A stretch of 59,633 bases of DNA, counting the filler, from Catajapyx aquilonaris (Eukaryota): assembly GCA_000934665.2 (NCBI GenBank). It is 2 parts of 2 records of this genome, joined end to end, with 100 filler letters (N's around TTAATTAATTAA, not from the genome) between each part and the next. Parts side by side here need not be neighbours in the genome. Positions count along the whole stretch, not along the records: positions 1 to 29,760 come from JYFJ02004743.1; 1 more part is not named here. The stretch is one strand, 5' to 3'. The translations under genes and the position numbers were made by a program. Under the pieces are notes generated by a model. The model worked only from the letters and a program-made list of their open reading frames with translations, did no database searches and had not been told where the DNA came from. This document shows positions 12,062 through 25,700 of the stretch, piece by piece (position 1 is the first letter of the stretch; every line of letters starts with the position of its first letter).

Positions 12062-13328
12062 CTACTCTCGATCTATGAATTCGCAGATGAACTTGTTGAC
12101 CTCCTGTGCATGGTCCTGTTGTACCCAATGGGAGGCGCCTTCGATCGGACGGAGAGAGCACTCCTGGACGTAATCTCTGGACACGGTGGCCAGCTCTGGT
12201 GACAGGTACCTGTCCTTCATTCCCCAGATGATCAGGGTGCGCGTCTTGACCTGAGGGTCACGTAAGGGCGAGGTCAGCCCAGCAGCACGGTAGTAGTTGA
12301 CTGGACCAGTGAACGCGCCTATGAAAAAAGAAGACAATGCAACCTTTGGACCTGCAGATAATGCACGATAAAGTGACCTTCGCCGTACCTGGGTGTGAAA
12401 ATGTGTACTGGAAGGCTTCGATGTCCTTCTGACCGATTAGGTTACGACCTTCTTTTGTGACCCAGAAGGCCTTCTGGAACATCTTGTCCAAGTTGGCCCA
12501 CATGTACAGCTCGGGAACGTACGGTATTTGGAAGAAGGTCATGTACCAGGACATCAGTACCTGAGTGATACTGCGACCTTTGACCTTCGCGAAGGCCGCC
12601 GGATGAGGACAGTTCATTATGATCAGCTTTTCGACAAGTTCAGGGTATTTGATTGCAGTGAACCAGGCCACTGCACCGCCCCAATCGTGACCACCCAGGA
12701 TGCATTGTTGCTTCCCTGCAATTATGATTTTATTAGCGATACTTATACGGCGGTACTGTACCGGTGGACGTACCTAAGTGTTGCACAAACTGTCTGACAT
12801 CATCAGCCAGGATGTCCCTTTTGTAGTTGGCCACACCCGACGGCTTATCGGAGTTGCCGTACCCACGAAGGTCAACAGCCACAACCCTACAAATTACGCA
12901 ATTGCAATCTCGAATTGCATTGTTGCAACCTGCGCACTTACCAGTACGTGTCGCTAAGATCCTGCAGCTGGTACCTCCAAGAGTACCAGAACTCCGGGAA
13001 GCCATGAAGCAACAGCAGAAGAGGCCTGTTCCGGTTGCCCTTTTCCACGTAATGCAGCTTCACGTCCTGCAGAATAAAAAAGGTCATTAGCTGGCCCAGG
13101 AGTGACCTCGAGTCCACTGACCTTGAGCTTGGCATACGAGTGCTGACCCCAGTTGGGGCTGTCCAGTGTCTCAGGCGATTTGGTCCATGTCTTGACCGGA
13201 AACCCAAAGTATCCTCCGAAGAACCTCCTGAAGACCACCCATGCCACAAGCCACGGGGTCACACACAGGGTCACTCCATAGATCAGCACAACCAAGACAC
13301 GACGCTCAAGGAACGTCGCTAGTCCCAT
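12062..13328 (-). CDS. EPHX4: Epoxide hydrolase 4-like paralogue B (exons 13328-13122, 13066-12942, 12886-12774, 12715-12389, 12318-12062)
   Basis: HGFPEFW, DLRGYG, GHDWGG, NYYRA, WGMKD, SHWVQQD; canonical splice sites. Confidence 0.9.
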
Positions 13329-13527
13329 GATGTCCAGTTAGATGTGAAGGCCAGACTGATTCGACTGAGCTTTTTTTATCGTCTCTGCATGTGCACTTGG
13401 TGACTCACGTGGGTACAAAGGTAACGGAACAGGAGGTACGGCTGGTCTTATCTGAATCATTTTACTGCCAAGGAGTTGGTGTACACGGGCGTTTTATTGT
13501 ACCGTACTATACATTAATATCTGTACA

Positions 13528-14784
13528 TCATGAGGCGAAGTCTGTTATGTACTTGTTGACCTCTTGTGGATGGTCCTGATGTACCCAGTGGGATGCTGTG
13601 TGGATATGTCGAAGGTGGCAGTCTTGGACGTACTTTGCGGATGCGTAGGCCAGTGGCGTAGAAAGAAACATGTCCTTCCCTCCCCATAAAATCAAGGTCG
13701 GTACCTTGACCTGGGAGTCCTCGATCATAAAGGAGTCGGGCCTATTCGCACGGTAGTAGTTGCTCGGTCCAGTAAACGCATCTGGGGTGATAATACAGAG
13801 ACAGTAAAAATGCGTAATGCAATAGCAGGTGCATACCTGGATGACAGTACGTGTACTGGTATGCCTGGATGTCCTTTGTGCTTATTCGACTCCGACCAGA
13901 TGGTGTGAACCAGAAGAATGAGTGGAACAATACGTCAACTACACTCCACATCAGAAGCTCCGGAAGGTACGGGATTTGGAAGAAGATGATGTACCAGGAC
14001 ATGATGGTCTGCTTCACATTCCGCGTCACCATCTTGACAAAGGCTGACGGATGAGGGCCGTTCAGTACGATCAGCTTCTGGACCATCTCCGGATGTCTTA
14101 TGGCCATGAACCAGGCCAGGACTCCTCCCCAGTCGTGGCCAGCCAGGATGCATTGTTGCCTGCCTGCAACAATGCGGGTCAACTTGGAGGACAGGTCACT
14201 CTTAACGACATTTACCCAAATGGTGCAGAAGACGTCGGATGTCGTCCAGAAGGATGTCCAGCTTGTAGTTCTCGGTGCCAGATGGCTTGTCCGAGTCCCC
14301 ATACCCTCTGAGGTCAACAGCCACCACCCTGACAATGCAACCGGTGTGTGAAGCATTGAAACGGGAGCAATGAGAGTCATACTTACCAGTACTTGTCGCT
14401 GAGGTCACGAAGCTGGTTTCTCCAAGAGTACCAAAAGTCTGGAAATCCATGGAGAAGCAGCAGCAAAGGCCTCTCTTTGTCCCCATTTTCCACGTAATGC
14501 AGCTTCACATCCTGCATATCACCAACATTATTATCATAATTATTAGTGTACAGTACAACACTGACCTTGAGTATGGCGTACGAGTGTATTCCCCAGTCCT
14601 CATTTCGAAGTGTCTCCGGAGGTTTCCACCATGTCTTGAGAGGGACGCCACAGTGCTTTCCGAAAAGTCTTCTGAAGATGACCCAGGTCACAGCTAAAGG
14701 GGTCAGGCACAGGGTCACTCCAAAGGTTAGGACGACCAGGACACAAATAGCAAAAAACGATGCCACTCCAATTCTCTCCATCAT
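13528..14784 (-). CDS. EPHX4: Epoxide hydrolase 4-like paralogue C (exons 14784-14566, 14511-14387, 14328-14216, 14163-13837, 13781-13528)
   Basis: HGFPDFW, GHDWGG, NYYRA, WGGKD, SHWVHQD; canonical splice sites. Confidence 0.9.
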
Positions 14785-17262
14785 TGTACACTCACTCTGG
14801 TACGTTCATTTGCTTACACGCAAATATTTGTACTGCAGCTTCAACAATTTGGGATCGGTGTTCTTGGAAGGGAAAAACTTTTGTTTTTTAATGCGTAAAA
14901 GCATTTCGCACGATTCAAAAACACGGGTCAAGCCCGTGCATCATTTAAGGATGGGACGCATGCGAACTATTGTGTGGGCGCTTTCACACATAGTGTTTCC
15001 TTGACATCACTGCACTGTTTGCATGCTGAATTTTTGCATCATGTGAATCCCCAGATTTGACTGATAGCCAGTGCACGTTCTGGCCCATTTACGCAATAGT
15101 GTCACATATAATTTGCATGAAATTTCGCGTTGTCCGTTTAGTGGGTCAGAACATGTAAAACCTCGGTATTAATTTTACTGATTACCTAATTGTATGACCT
15201 TGGTGTAGCCTACATCTCAGAAGATACGATGCATCATCTGTCACGGTCGAATGCAGCATGGAACTGGTTGTCTTATCAGAAAAATATACCGGCCGGTATA
15301 ACAGGTCATTAATCTATTCATAATCTTGTGAATGTGAGAAACAATGGGCAAATTACACGGTATTAATTGCGCTAATGTTCCACACCTCCAGGTGACCAAG
15401 ACCAGTGGCGTCGCTATAGGTGACACCATGTCCAAATCTCCAAAAAGAAGGGCATAGATGCTCTGTTTAGGCTGTGTACAATACACACTATATTATACTA
15501 ATAAATGCGCCTTTTTTACTTCAGCATAACCGAATCTACGATTTCAAACGTCCTATTTAATGTCTCTGTCTCTATAAAGTGAGTGATGACCAATAGTTTC
15601 ACAACTATCTGTTCTATCTCTTCCTCAGATGCAGGACAGAGCTCCTGTTCACATAAACCCCCTGGAGGAGGAGGAGCAAGAAATGCAGAGAGGAACGCAG
15701 CTGGAAGGAATATTGAAGCACCGTCATCACCGTCATACCTAGCAGAATCTACATCTATACGTATGTGCGATTAAACAGACTAACTTTTTTTCATATAATG
15801 CGTGTTGTGCCCATCGGAAAAAAAAACAAAAACAAGATTGCTAATAAAGAACCTTAATTATCCCTCAATAAATTCTTCCTCGTTGAGATTCCAGGTCAAT
15901 TACAAGTAATTTCGGTGTGCCAGGTCTTCAGGGAGGAAAGTACAGTATATTATTAAGGAAATTTAGAATCAAAAAGGCTTCAATTTTATAACATGTCATT
16001 GCATCTAAACATTAAAATCCGTTACTCAATTATTCGTTCGAGTTAAACATTGGCCTGTATTACAGTACTAGCTAATTACCCACATATGCAGTAGATATTT
16101 GTCATGTGTTGCATTGGTCTAGTGGCTAATATGGAGCTAATAATGGCAAAAAAAAAATTGAATCTAGATAATGTGCGTCATACCTGATTTTCAGACAACC
16201 CAGTTCACAACTGCATCAGTATCGTTGAACCATTCGCAATGCTTAATTGTAACCAGGAACCTCCCATCAAATGTGCATAATAAATGTTCCGAGCAGTCGG
16301 CATTATTAAGTTATTATATTTTCTTTTAACTGATGCACGTTCATATTTTTAGTTAATTTTTTTTGGCAATTTTTAATTCTTCATTTTGTACTCGTCAACA
16401 CTACAGGATTGTAGGTGAGCGCTTCCTGCACATATACTCGAGCAGAGTTAGTTATCTTTTCTTCATATTAATTTTTTCAATAGAGCAGGATTTTATCTAT
16501 GACAAGTTTTAAGCGCTCTAAAAACAATGTGTATGCATGGTATACACAGCAAATTGTGTACTGCATTGTACTAACTAATGTACATAATGCTGTACACAAT
16601 GTGCAGTTTTTTTAAAAAATCGCAACGCTGTGTACCATGGATACACGTTGCTTTTGAGAGAGTACCCCTTGAAGTATATCAGTTCGAGAGTAACATCCTG
16701 TGATGATGGGGGTGGCGTACTGCAGACAGAATAATTTGGGAACATACGCAGTTTCTTATCATTTTTTGTTTGTTTTTGACGAGTGTGAGAGTCGATGCTC
16801 TTCATGTGTGGGAATGTATTATTTTCTTTTAGTGGACATGTCCCTTTTTAGGCCTTCTGTAGCAGGTATAGGGTGGCCATTTCCAAATCTTCAGAAAGAA
16901 GGACACAGCTGGTAGGTATATCGTGTATAGGCTTTATACAGTACAATACATTGTGTGACCCATGACCTCGGGTCACACCCTGACTAGCTCAATATATCAC
17001 ACGAAAAGAAATCATACCAAGGTTATTTTTTTGTTTTTAGCACACGAATATTTTTAAAGAATATACTGAAACACAAATTATCACATTCTTTTACTTATTA
17101 GCACACTAATAAGGCTAAAAAATGTAACCTAAATCAAATATTTTATGGTGATTGTTGAATTTTGTGGCGCCATTTCTTTATACAATAAGTACATGCTGGA
17201 GAGAGTGTCAGTATCGAAGTAGCGCAGTGGTCTAGTGGTTAAGAGAGGGGAGGGGAGAAAAT

Positions 17263-17806
17263 TTTTTTGGAAATTTTTAAGACACCTGCTTAATGGGAGG
17301 GGGCGGTCACTTTTTTCGAAGAAAAAAGTCTTAAATTTAATCATTCAAAAATTGAAGAATTCCGGTTTGTGTGGGCCATCCCCAGCCCCCACCCTACCAC
17401 TGCCCAAGTGTACTGTGCTCTGTACAGTCTCATTACGAAAGACCCGACAGATGGAGACCGAGGTAGGGCCCGGCCCGAGACCAAAAACCTAATATTAGGG
17501 CCTTTCAGGTCAAAGGTCAGGCTGCAACAAACCATTGAAAATGACCTAAAAATTGTGCCGAATCATTTGCATGTGTTGGTGATTTTATTGGACCTATAGT
17601 TAAATTTCTGGGAGCTAATTTTTTGGGGGGTGATAGGTTTGAGAATGGATCTCCCAGGTATAAGGTAAATGCACCCACTTGGGCAGGGGCAGGCCCACAC
17701 AAACCGGAATTCTTCAATTTTTGAATGATTAAATTTAAGACTTTTTTTCTTCGAAAAAAGTGACCGCCCCCTCCCAGTAAGCAGGTGTCTTTAAAATTTC
17801 CAAAAA
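17263..17806. mobile_element. Inverted-repeat (foldback/MITE-like) element
   Basis: Near-perfect inverted arms of about 115-130 bp, at about 17263-17390 and 17680-17806. Confidence 0.7.
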
Positions 17807-17935
17807 TATCGGGATCATCCTGCGTGTCAGGCGACCCACAACCATGGGTTGCCTTGACAAGTAGGATGATGATCCCTAATGAAAACTACAAATTGCAACG
17901 AAACAACTTTTATTCTTATTGGCACGTGCGGACAT

Positions 17936-19138
17936 TCATTGTCGATCTATGAATTCGCTTATTAATTTGTTGACCTCCTGTGCATGGTCCTGTTGTACCC
18001 AATGGGAGGCACCTTCGATCGGACAAAGAGAACACTCCTGGACGTAATCTCTGGACGCAGTGGCCAGCTCTGGTGACAGGTACCTGTCCTTCATTCCCCA
18101 GATGATCAGGGTGCGCATCTTGACCTGAGGGTCACGTAAGGGCGAGGTCAGCCCCATAGCACGGTAGTAGTTGATCGGACCAGTGAATGCACCTATAAAA
18201 GTGACGATTAATCGAATATAAAGTGTGTCTCATATATCAATTGACCTTTTACCTGGATGCGAAAATGTGTATTGGAAGGCTTCGATGTCCTTCAAACTGA
18301 TTAGATTCCGTCCAGGTCCAGTGACCCAGAAGGCCTTCTGGAACATCTTGTCCAGATTGGACCACAGGTACAGCTCAGGGACGTACGGTATTTGGAAGAA
18401 GGTCATGTACCAGGACTTGAGTACCTGGCCGATGCTACGACCTTTGACCTTCCCAAAAGCTTCCGGATGAGGCGAATTCAGTATGACCAACTTCTCCACA
18501 ACTTCTGGGAACTTGATGGCCACATTCCAGGCCACAATTCCGCCCCAGTCATGACCACCCAATACGCATTGTTGCTTCCCCAAATGGTGCACCAGTTGAC
18601 GTACATCCTCTGCCAGTACACCCGTCTTGTAGTTATCCACACCCGATGGCTTATCAGAGTCGCCGTAACCGCGAAGGTCAACAGCCACAACCCTATACAA
18701 ATTACGCAATTGCAATCTCGAATTGCATTGTTGCAACCATGCACTTACCAGTACTTGTGGCTTAGATCCTGCAGCTGGTACCTCCAAGAGTACCAGAACT
18801 CCGGAAAGCCATGAAGCAACAGCAGAAGAGGCCTGTTCCGGTTGCCCTTTTCCACGTAATGCAGCTTCACGTCCTGCAGAATTAAAAAAAAGGTCATTAG
18901 CTGGCCCAGGAGTGACCTCGAGTCCACTGACCTTGAGCTTGGCATACGAGTGCTGACCCCAGTTGGGGCTGTCCAGTGTCTCAGGCGATTTGGTCCATGT
19001 CTTGACCGGAAACCCAAAGTATCCTCCGAAGAACCTCCTGAAGACCACCCATGCCACAAGCCACGGGGTCACACACAGGGTCACTCCATAGATCAGCACA
19101 ACCAAGACACGACGCTCAAGGAACGTCGCCAGTCCCAT
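17936..19138 (-). CDS. EPHX4: Epoxide hydrolase 4-like paralogue D (exons 19138-18932, 18873-18749, 18692-18253, 18192-17936)
   Basis: HGFPEFW, GHDWGG, NYYRA, WGMKD, SHWVQQD. Only three introns. Confidence 0.9.
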
Positions 19139-19291
19139 GATGTTCAACAGACTGAAGTTCAAAGTAACGGAACTTATCAGTGTGTACTGTACACGTATTT
19201 CTCAGGCTGACTCGGCACAAAAAAAAAATAAGTGAAAACATATCCTCGCTTCTCCGGCTGGGCTGCTGCACTTGATAGTCCACCAGCAGCA

Positions 19292-21695
19292 ATGGCGGAA
19301 GGGTCATCACCATCTTCTTGTCGGAATGTGTGTGCCCAGATAGCCACATACGTGTTGACACTTGTGCTGGCTCCATGGGTGCTCTTGTACGTGATGCTGC
19401 GGAGGTGGTCCAGAGGCGGAGATGGACCTTGCCTCCAGTTTGGAGCTCTTGACACCAATCCTCCGAAGATCCTTCTGGACCCAAAATGGGGGAAACACAG
19501 CTACATACAACTCAAGGTATGTCAAGTTAGTGGAAAAAAATAATTCACAAAATGTATAGCAAAAATCTGCAAAAAAAGTCATGTAATGAAAAGTACAGTA
19601 CATTGTTCCGGTTTGAAAAAAAAAAAATGGGGTCAAATGCGGCCAGGGACGTTGAACCCACCGTTAGTGGCCTCGAACTTGAGAATTTTCACTTTCTAGT
19701 TTGTCTCTCGTGATGCGGAAAACTCTGATTTGCAACTTTTTTTTTTTGGCGAATGAGCTATACTGTGGGCTGATTTTTGCAGGATTCATGCAAGGCTTGA
19801 GTTTGTTGGATCATGGAGCTTTCTATAATGTGTGTGGGACTGAAGGGTCGCTGAACTATAAGCAGTTCAGACCGGATTTATATCTGGTTTTAATTATATG
19901 AGCCAGATTTGGCAAGGGGTTTTAAGTAATTTAAAAAAAATATTTGTGGCTGGACTGTATACGACGTTTGTTTGTTCATGAAATAAATCAACAGACCACA
20001 AAAATAAATATTGCACCATTTAAAATCTCAAATATTATTTTATAAAATAAATTTCATTTAAAAGTGTGTGTGTGTGTATGCTGTGAATCCAACCATTAAT
20101 AATTTTATCCCAATTTTGCAATTTAGAAAATGTTGTAGGGTGAAAACATTTTTGCTAATTAATAGTACGGAAACTGCATGTAGGCCACTACTTCATATCC
20201 TGTTGATGAAATGCACATGATGCATGCATTTTAAAAAAAACAGAAAGTACAAAAAAATAATGCTCCGTTATAAAGTTCTCTTCACATTAAGTAATTACCG
20301 TACTACACCTTTAAAAGTGCAACAGACCAAAACGGATTGCCTGGAGTCATACACAATTGAATAAAAAAAAAAGGTGCTGATATAATGACGCTGTACATTC
20401 CACGCAGTGCATCTTGCACGGAAAGGTGGTAGTCCTTGAGACATAAGCAAGGCCTTTTTTTTTTGCCAATTATATACTTTTTGCGTCGTATAAACCTAGA
20501 AATGCATCCTATAATGCCAGAGTAGTAATAACATTATTTTTTGTACTTTATATTGCATATTGCGCTAAAGCACTATTACCGTAATAAGCGAACTGGCCTT
20601 GTATTATTCAAGTGCGACAGTGTTGAACAATTAGCTATAAACCATAGCAAATTTACAGGGTAGTCGTACCGTATCCAATATGTAATGTAATATAATTATC
20701 CAATTATTCAATGTACAGAACATACGTATGCACTACGTAGAAAATGGCGACAGCAACAAGCCTCTGATGTTATTCCTTCATGGATTCCCCGAGTTCTGGT
20801 TCTCCTGGCGTCATCAACTGGTTGAATTTGCTCGTGATCACTGGTGAGATTAATTCCAGTTGTGTCGTTGAATGGTTAATTGATCTTTTGTTAATTTTAG
20901 GGTGGTTGCTGTTGATTTGAGAGGGTATGGCGAGACGGAGAAGCCCGATGCCAGCCAGTACAAGATGACCATGATTGTCGAGGACATCCGAGAGCTGGTG
21001 GAGAAGCTGGGTAAGAAGAAGTGCATCCTGGTGTCCCACGACTACGGCGGAGTAGCAGCTTGGATAACGGCGATCAAGCATCCGTCCATTGTCGACAAGA
21101 TGATCGTAATGAACTGTCCGCATCCATCAGCATTCTTCAAGGTCTTCAAAAGCAACCCCAGGCAGTGGATAATGTCACTGTAAGTGTAAGCACCTGCCGA
21201 CATATATTTCTCCGGTGTACTAAACACCTTCATTGCAGGTACATGTTCTTTGCCCGTCTCCCGTGGCTGCCTGAATACTTCTTGTCGGCCAACAATCTGG
21301 AGATATTCGAGAAGATCTTCTGGGTCACTCCCCACACCCGGCAATCTATTTCCAAGCAGGAGTTGGATGCTTTCAAGTTCGCCTTCTCAACTCCAGGCGC
21401 ATTCACAGGTCCACTGAACTACTATCGTGCCATAAACTGGCTAGGCGGCCTCCAACGTGGAGACAAACCCAAAGACGGTGATGATTCAAGGAGACGCGAG
21501 AAGTTGCGTGTTCCGACCCTGATTCTCTGGGGGAAGCTGGACTCCTTCCTTTCCTTGCCTATGGCCGAGTCCTCGCAAAAGTACGTTGAGGACATTACGC
21601 TCGTCACAATCGATGAAGCGTCGCACTGGGTCCAGCAGGACTTCCCTGAAAAGGTCAACAAGTACATGCGGGACTACCTGGCTAGTCGCAACTGA
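19292..21695 (+). CDS. EPHX4: Epoxide hydrolase 4-like paralogue E (exons 19292-19516, 20719-20843, 20901-21179, 21239-21695)
   Basis: Hydrophobic N-terminus, WGKHSYIQLK, HGFPEFW, DLRGYG, SHDYGG, NYYRA, WGKLD, SHWVQQD. Confidence 0.9.
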
Positions 21696-22769
21696 AAAGG
21701 CGGCGAAGTGGTGGAGGTTTGAGAATTACACATTTTGTGACCGCTTACAGTGTAACAATCCGTTAAGTAAAACGCCATGAACAGTGCCTTCAACAAGTAA
21801 TTATGAAAAGAAAAAAAAAGCACAAACGTGTAATTCTCAACTAACGGGGATTAAGAGAGAAAAAAAAACCTGGTGTTTTCTTATCGATATAAGTTATTCC
21901 ATTGACTTACATTGTACCAGCTCAAATGCTGCAAAATAAACACATTACTGTGCACAAATATACACGCTTGCAAAATATCACATCCAGAACCTCCAGTAAA
22001 GTTGATGAAAACAAGTTTCGAATATCGTATTGCTAGGTAAAATATTATGCCTGAGACGAGTGGGATTTGAGTCGCGCGTTAACAAGCAAGGAATAATAAA
22101 AAGGGGCTGGTCACAATTATTCCTTGGAAAAAAAAAGGCCTGCGGAAACTGGTTACAACATAAAGGGGCATATTGCTCATGGTGCGCAAGAATGTGTTGG
22201 ATACATTAATAATTACGCAGTGCACTTACAGCGCGATGTAGTAGCTAAGTTTGACTATTCCCTCTTTGAACTTGGTTTCAGCTTCTATCAATCAGCTATA
22301 AAAATAGTCGTTGATGTTAAAAATATCGGCTGACAAATAATTATTATTGTGAAATAACTGCTTGCACAGCCACAACATCGCCTGTATTTGGCCCTTCTAT
22401 TTCCGAACCCGAACTTCACAAAAAGGCCTGTTAATTGCTCTCTTTACAATGATATTTGCGATGGCCTGAAATCACATTACTAGAAACTGTGCTACATACT
22501 CGTAAAGTGGAATGTACGACCTCCATTTCCTAACTGATCAGCCTCACGTTGTACTGAGATTTCACCAGATATACAAGCTACTTTGAACAACCAGCAATGT
22601 GACTCGCCCTCAGTGGTCTTTGGTCTGCTAATAAATTAAATGCCAGCATCGCTAGCCTTAATAATAATATTATGACATCTGAATGAGTGGGGGGTGAGAT
22701 TAGTTAATTAAATTATTATTTTTTTGTTGTCGTCATCATCGTCGTATGAAAGTTTGATTAGAGGTTGGG

Positions 22770-25700
22770 TCAATCCTGCGGATCGTTGACCAGGAAGTGA
22801 TAGACGAATGTGGCCTTCTTCCTGTCCAACACCTGCTGACTGGATTTGGTTTTGGCTCCCGGGTCCATCCTCCCTCGAGGCGGATCCCTCAAAAATATGC
22901 TTCCAAACAGGGTCGCCAGTGTCTTAGCGTCAAGTCCATTCTGGTTGGAATGGGTCAGCACTTCGCGAAGGAAGGCGCACAGGTAGAGAAACACATTGCG
23001 GTTGTACTCGGACAACTGGCTTATTATCTGCAAGAGAAAAACAGAAGAAGTTTGTAGAACTTACAACATTTTGGCTCGTCAAGCTACAAAACTTCAGTCG
23101 AAACCGCATCTTGACGTACCTGCCTGCACTGCATGTAATTGCTGGCCACGTCAAGGCAGCGGATGTGCAAATGGTAGGGTATGACAGGCTCCCAAGACGA
23201 CTCCAAGAGCAGCAGAAGGGCTTCGGCTACAGAGTGGACTCCACCAGCTTAATCAAATTAAGGCACACGCTCACAACATTGCCAACAATCGTTTCATGCA
23301 AAAGAATAAGAGCTAAGCATTGCAGATTTGCTAAAAAGGATACGCATCGGATCTAACGACCCCGAGTCGAGCCAGTCCCTAATCTGCACTATCTCGTAGT
23401 GGAGTCCAGGCTGCTCGAAGAGATGATTCTGCGTCATTCCAGATTCATACATGCGGTCAACCAGCAGGAGGATCTCCTTTGGGATCGGGTATGGCTCCAG
23501 TGCCAGTGCAGACTCCTTCGGCGGCTTGCTCTCCTGGACGGATTCCAATGTTAAAAAGTGGACAAACGACTCATGTAGTAAGTACGTACCAGCTCAACTA
23601 TTCTTCCGACTTGAATTTCCTCGATGGGCTGGGGAATGTTGACTAGTGACTGAATGGAGCATCCGAAGCAGCTGCGCTTGTAAGTTCCAGTGACGGTAAT
23701 GAACAGGTCCTTCCCACCCTCCAGGTGCAGAACCAGTATGTCATACAGCTTGTCCTGACCCGAGTTGAACTTCCAAGCTGTCTTCTTATCCACGTACACC
23801 TCCAGGGTCACATCACATTTCTCACCTTTTCAATGAGACAAAAGGGTTGCAATTCAAGTCCTACAACAAATTTTTCGCAACAAAGTACCTGGCATAATGA
23901 ATCCAAGGTAAGGCTCAATGCTGAGCCATTCTTTGCAGTAAGTGGTCTCGTTGAGCTTCTTGATGAATTCGAACCTGACTGGAACCTGGCCTGTGTTGGC
24001 AATGGTCAGCGACCTGGTCTGGGGCTCGATGAACTTCAGAGTGCCGAAGATGATCTCCGTGTTGTCGACCATCACCTGCGGCAGGAACTCATTCTCCAGT
24101 TTGTCCAACTTCTTCATCACTTCCTCGTATATCTTGCGGTAACGGACAGTATCTATCACTTTCACCTGCGGATCAAGAGTAGCAACTTTGGAACTTGCTG
24201 AACCAGGGATGAATCATAGGAATGACTAAGGGAGCGTGCCGTATGACTAACAGAATAATGAGCAGAAGCCATTCATGCATGACAGCAGAGATTGTATGGA
24301 AATCATTGTCGATCAATCAATTTCAGACGTGATCATTAATGGCTTCTACTCGGAAATGTTTCCATAAACTGACCCCGGATTGAAAGAGGGCGCTGACAGG
24401 CTTGTGGTCACTCAGTTTGAATACCGGATGACTCCTGTACGCGATCTGTTTGATGTGCTCCCCTCGCCACATGACACGGTCGCACCAAGCAGGAGCACGG
24501 TTCTTCTCACTTGAATCCCAGTCATCTGTCCCCGGGTCGTACTTGTAAGTAGGTGAGAAAGTTATAGGCCCTTCCTGGTACCCCAAAAATACCCTGCGGC
24601 CATCCCTCTGCTGCTTGAGCTGATCCGCGGTCAGCAAAGGAGCAAGATTCTCCGCTTGAACCATACGTTTTGCAGCCTCTGCCTCAACGTCAGTTATGCG
24701 GTAGTTCAAGTCACCCAGCCAATACACCTGGTCGTGATCTTTAATGCCTGAAAAATAAACAGAAAGGGGTAATTACTCTGCAATTAAACAATGCGTGCAC
24801 CAAAGCTGGACTACCCCCGACACATCCGCATTTCACATTTGAACGGCATGCAAAAAAGGCATACTTGCTCTATATTTCATGCATATTTTGCGAGGAAAGA
24901 GACCTTTAGGCGGAATGAAATTTGAGAAGCTGAGCCTCGAGCAGATGTCATGGTAGTCCTGGTTTCTCCTTTCGAACTCCTCCACATGAGCGGCCAGATG
25001 GGAGTTGACGAAACAGATGGAGGTGGTGTGCAGCTCCAGTCGCACGGCCACACCTCCCTTGTTCCCCATCTTCCCCATGATTCCCGTCCCCACAGTCTCC
25101 ATTGCAACTCCATGCACATAGGCCGCATGCTGCTCCTGCACGAACACCAGCAGCATCATGCCCACCAGTCGAACCAGCTTCACCTTTCGGTACTTAGCCT
25201 TCGTATGAAGCCCATTCAAAACCGCATTTCTAAATCAGGACGAAACATGATGTACCGGTTGTTGAAGTAATTCCGCAATATCCGCAACTTACAACCACTC
25301 CTCTTCTCTGGGTGTGTCGTTGAACAGGAAGGCCTCCTTGCTCAGATCCAACTCCTGGAAGCCTATGGCGTATATGTCAGGCGGCTCCGGATCAGCAGCC
25401 AGCCACGGTTGGAGGGATAGTCCTCCAGGAGCCTGGCCGTTGACGTTCCAGGTGCCCACAAACACCTTGAACGGATGCGAGTCTGTGTACGCATCCTCCT
25501 TCATGGCCATCTGATAGCGAACAACACTCTCTCTCGCTGCAATCGGTGTAACTCCAAGGGCAATATTCTGACGGGACACTGCGATATCTGGGCTGTCCAG
25601 CTCTCCGGCCTGTATCGGCGACATAAAATACATTTGTAACAATATTTATCATTTTCACATTCTGAAACATACAGGGACGACACCTCTATTGTAGAAAAAC

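Noticed and set aside
18230..19162. 310-aa single-exon ORF for paralogue D
   Set aside because: It crosses two introns by chance and is out of frame across exon 2; the spliced model restores HGFP.
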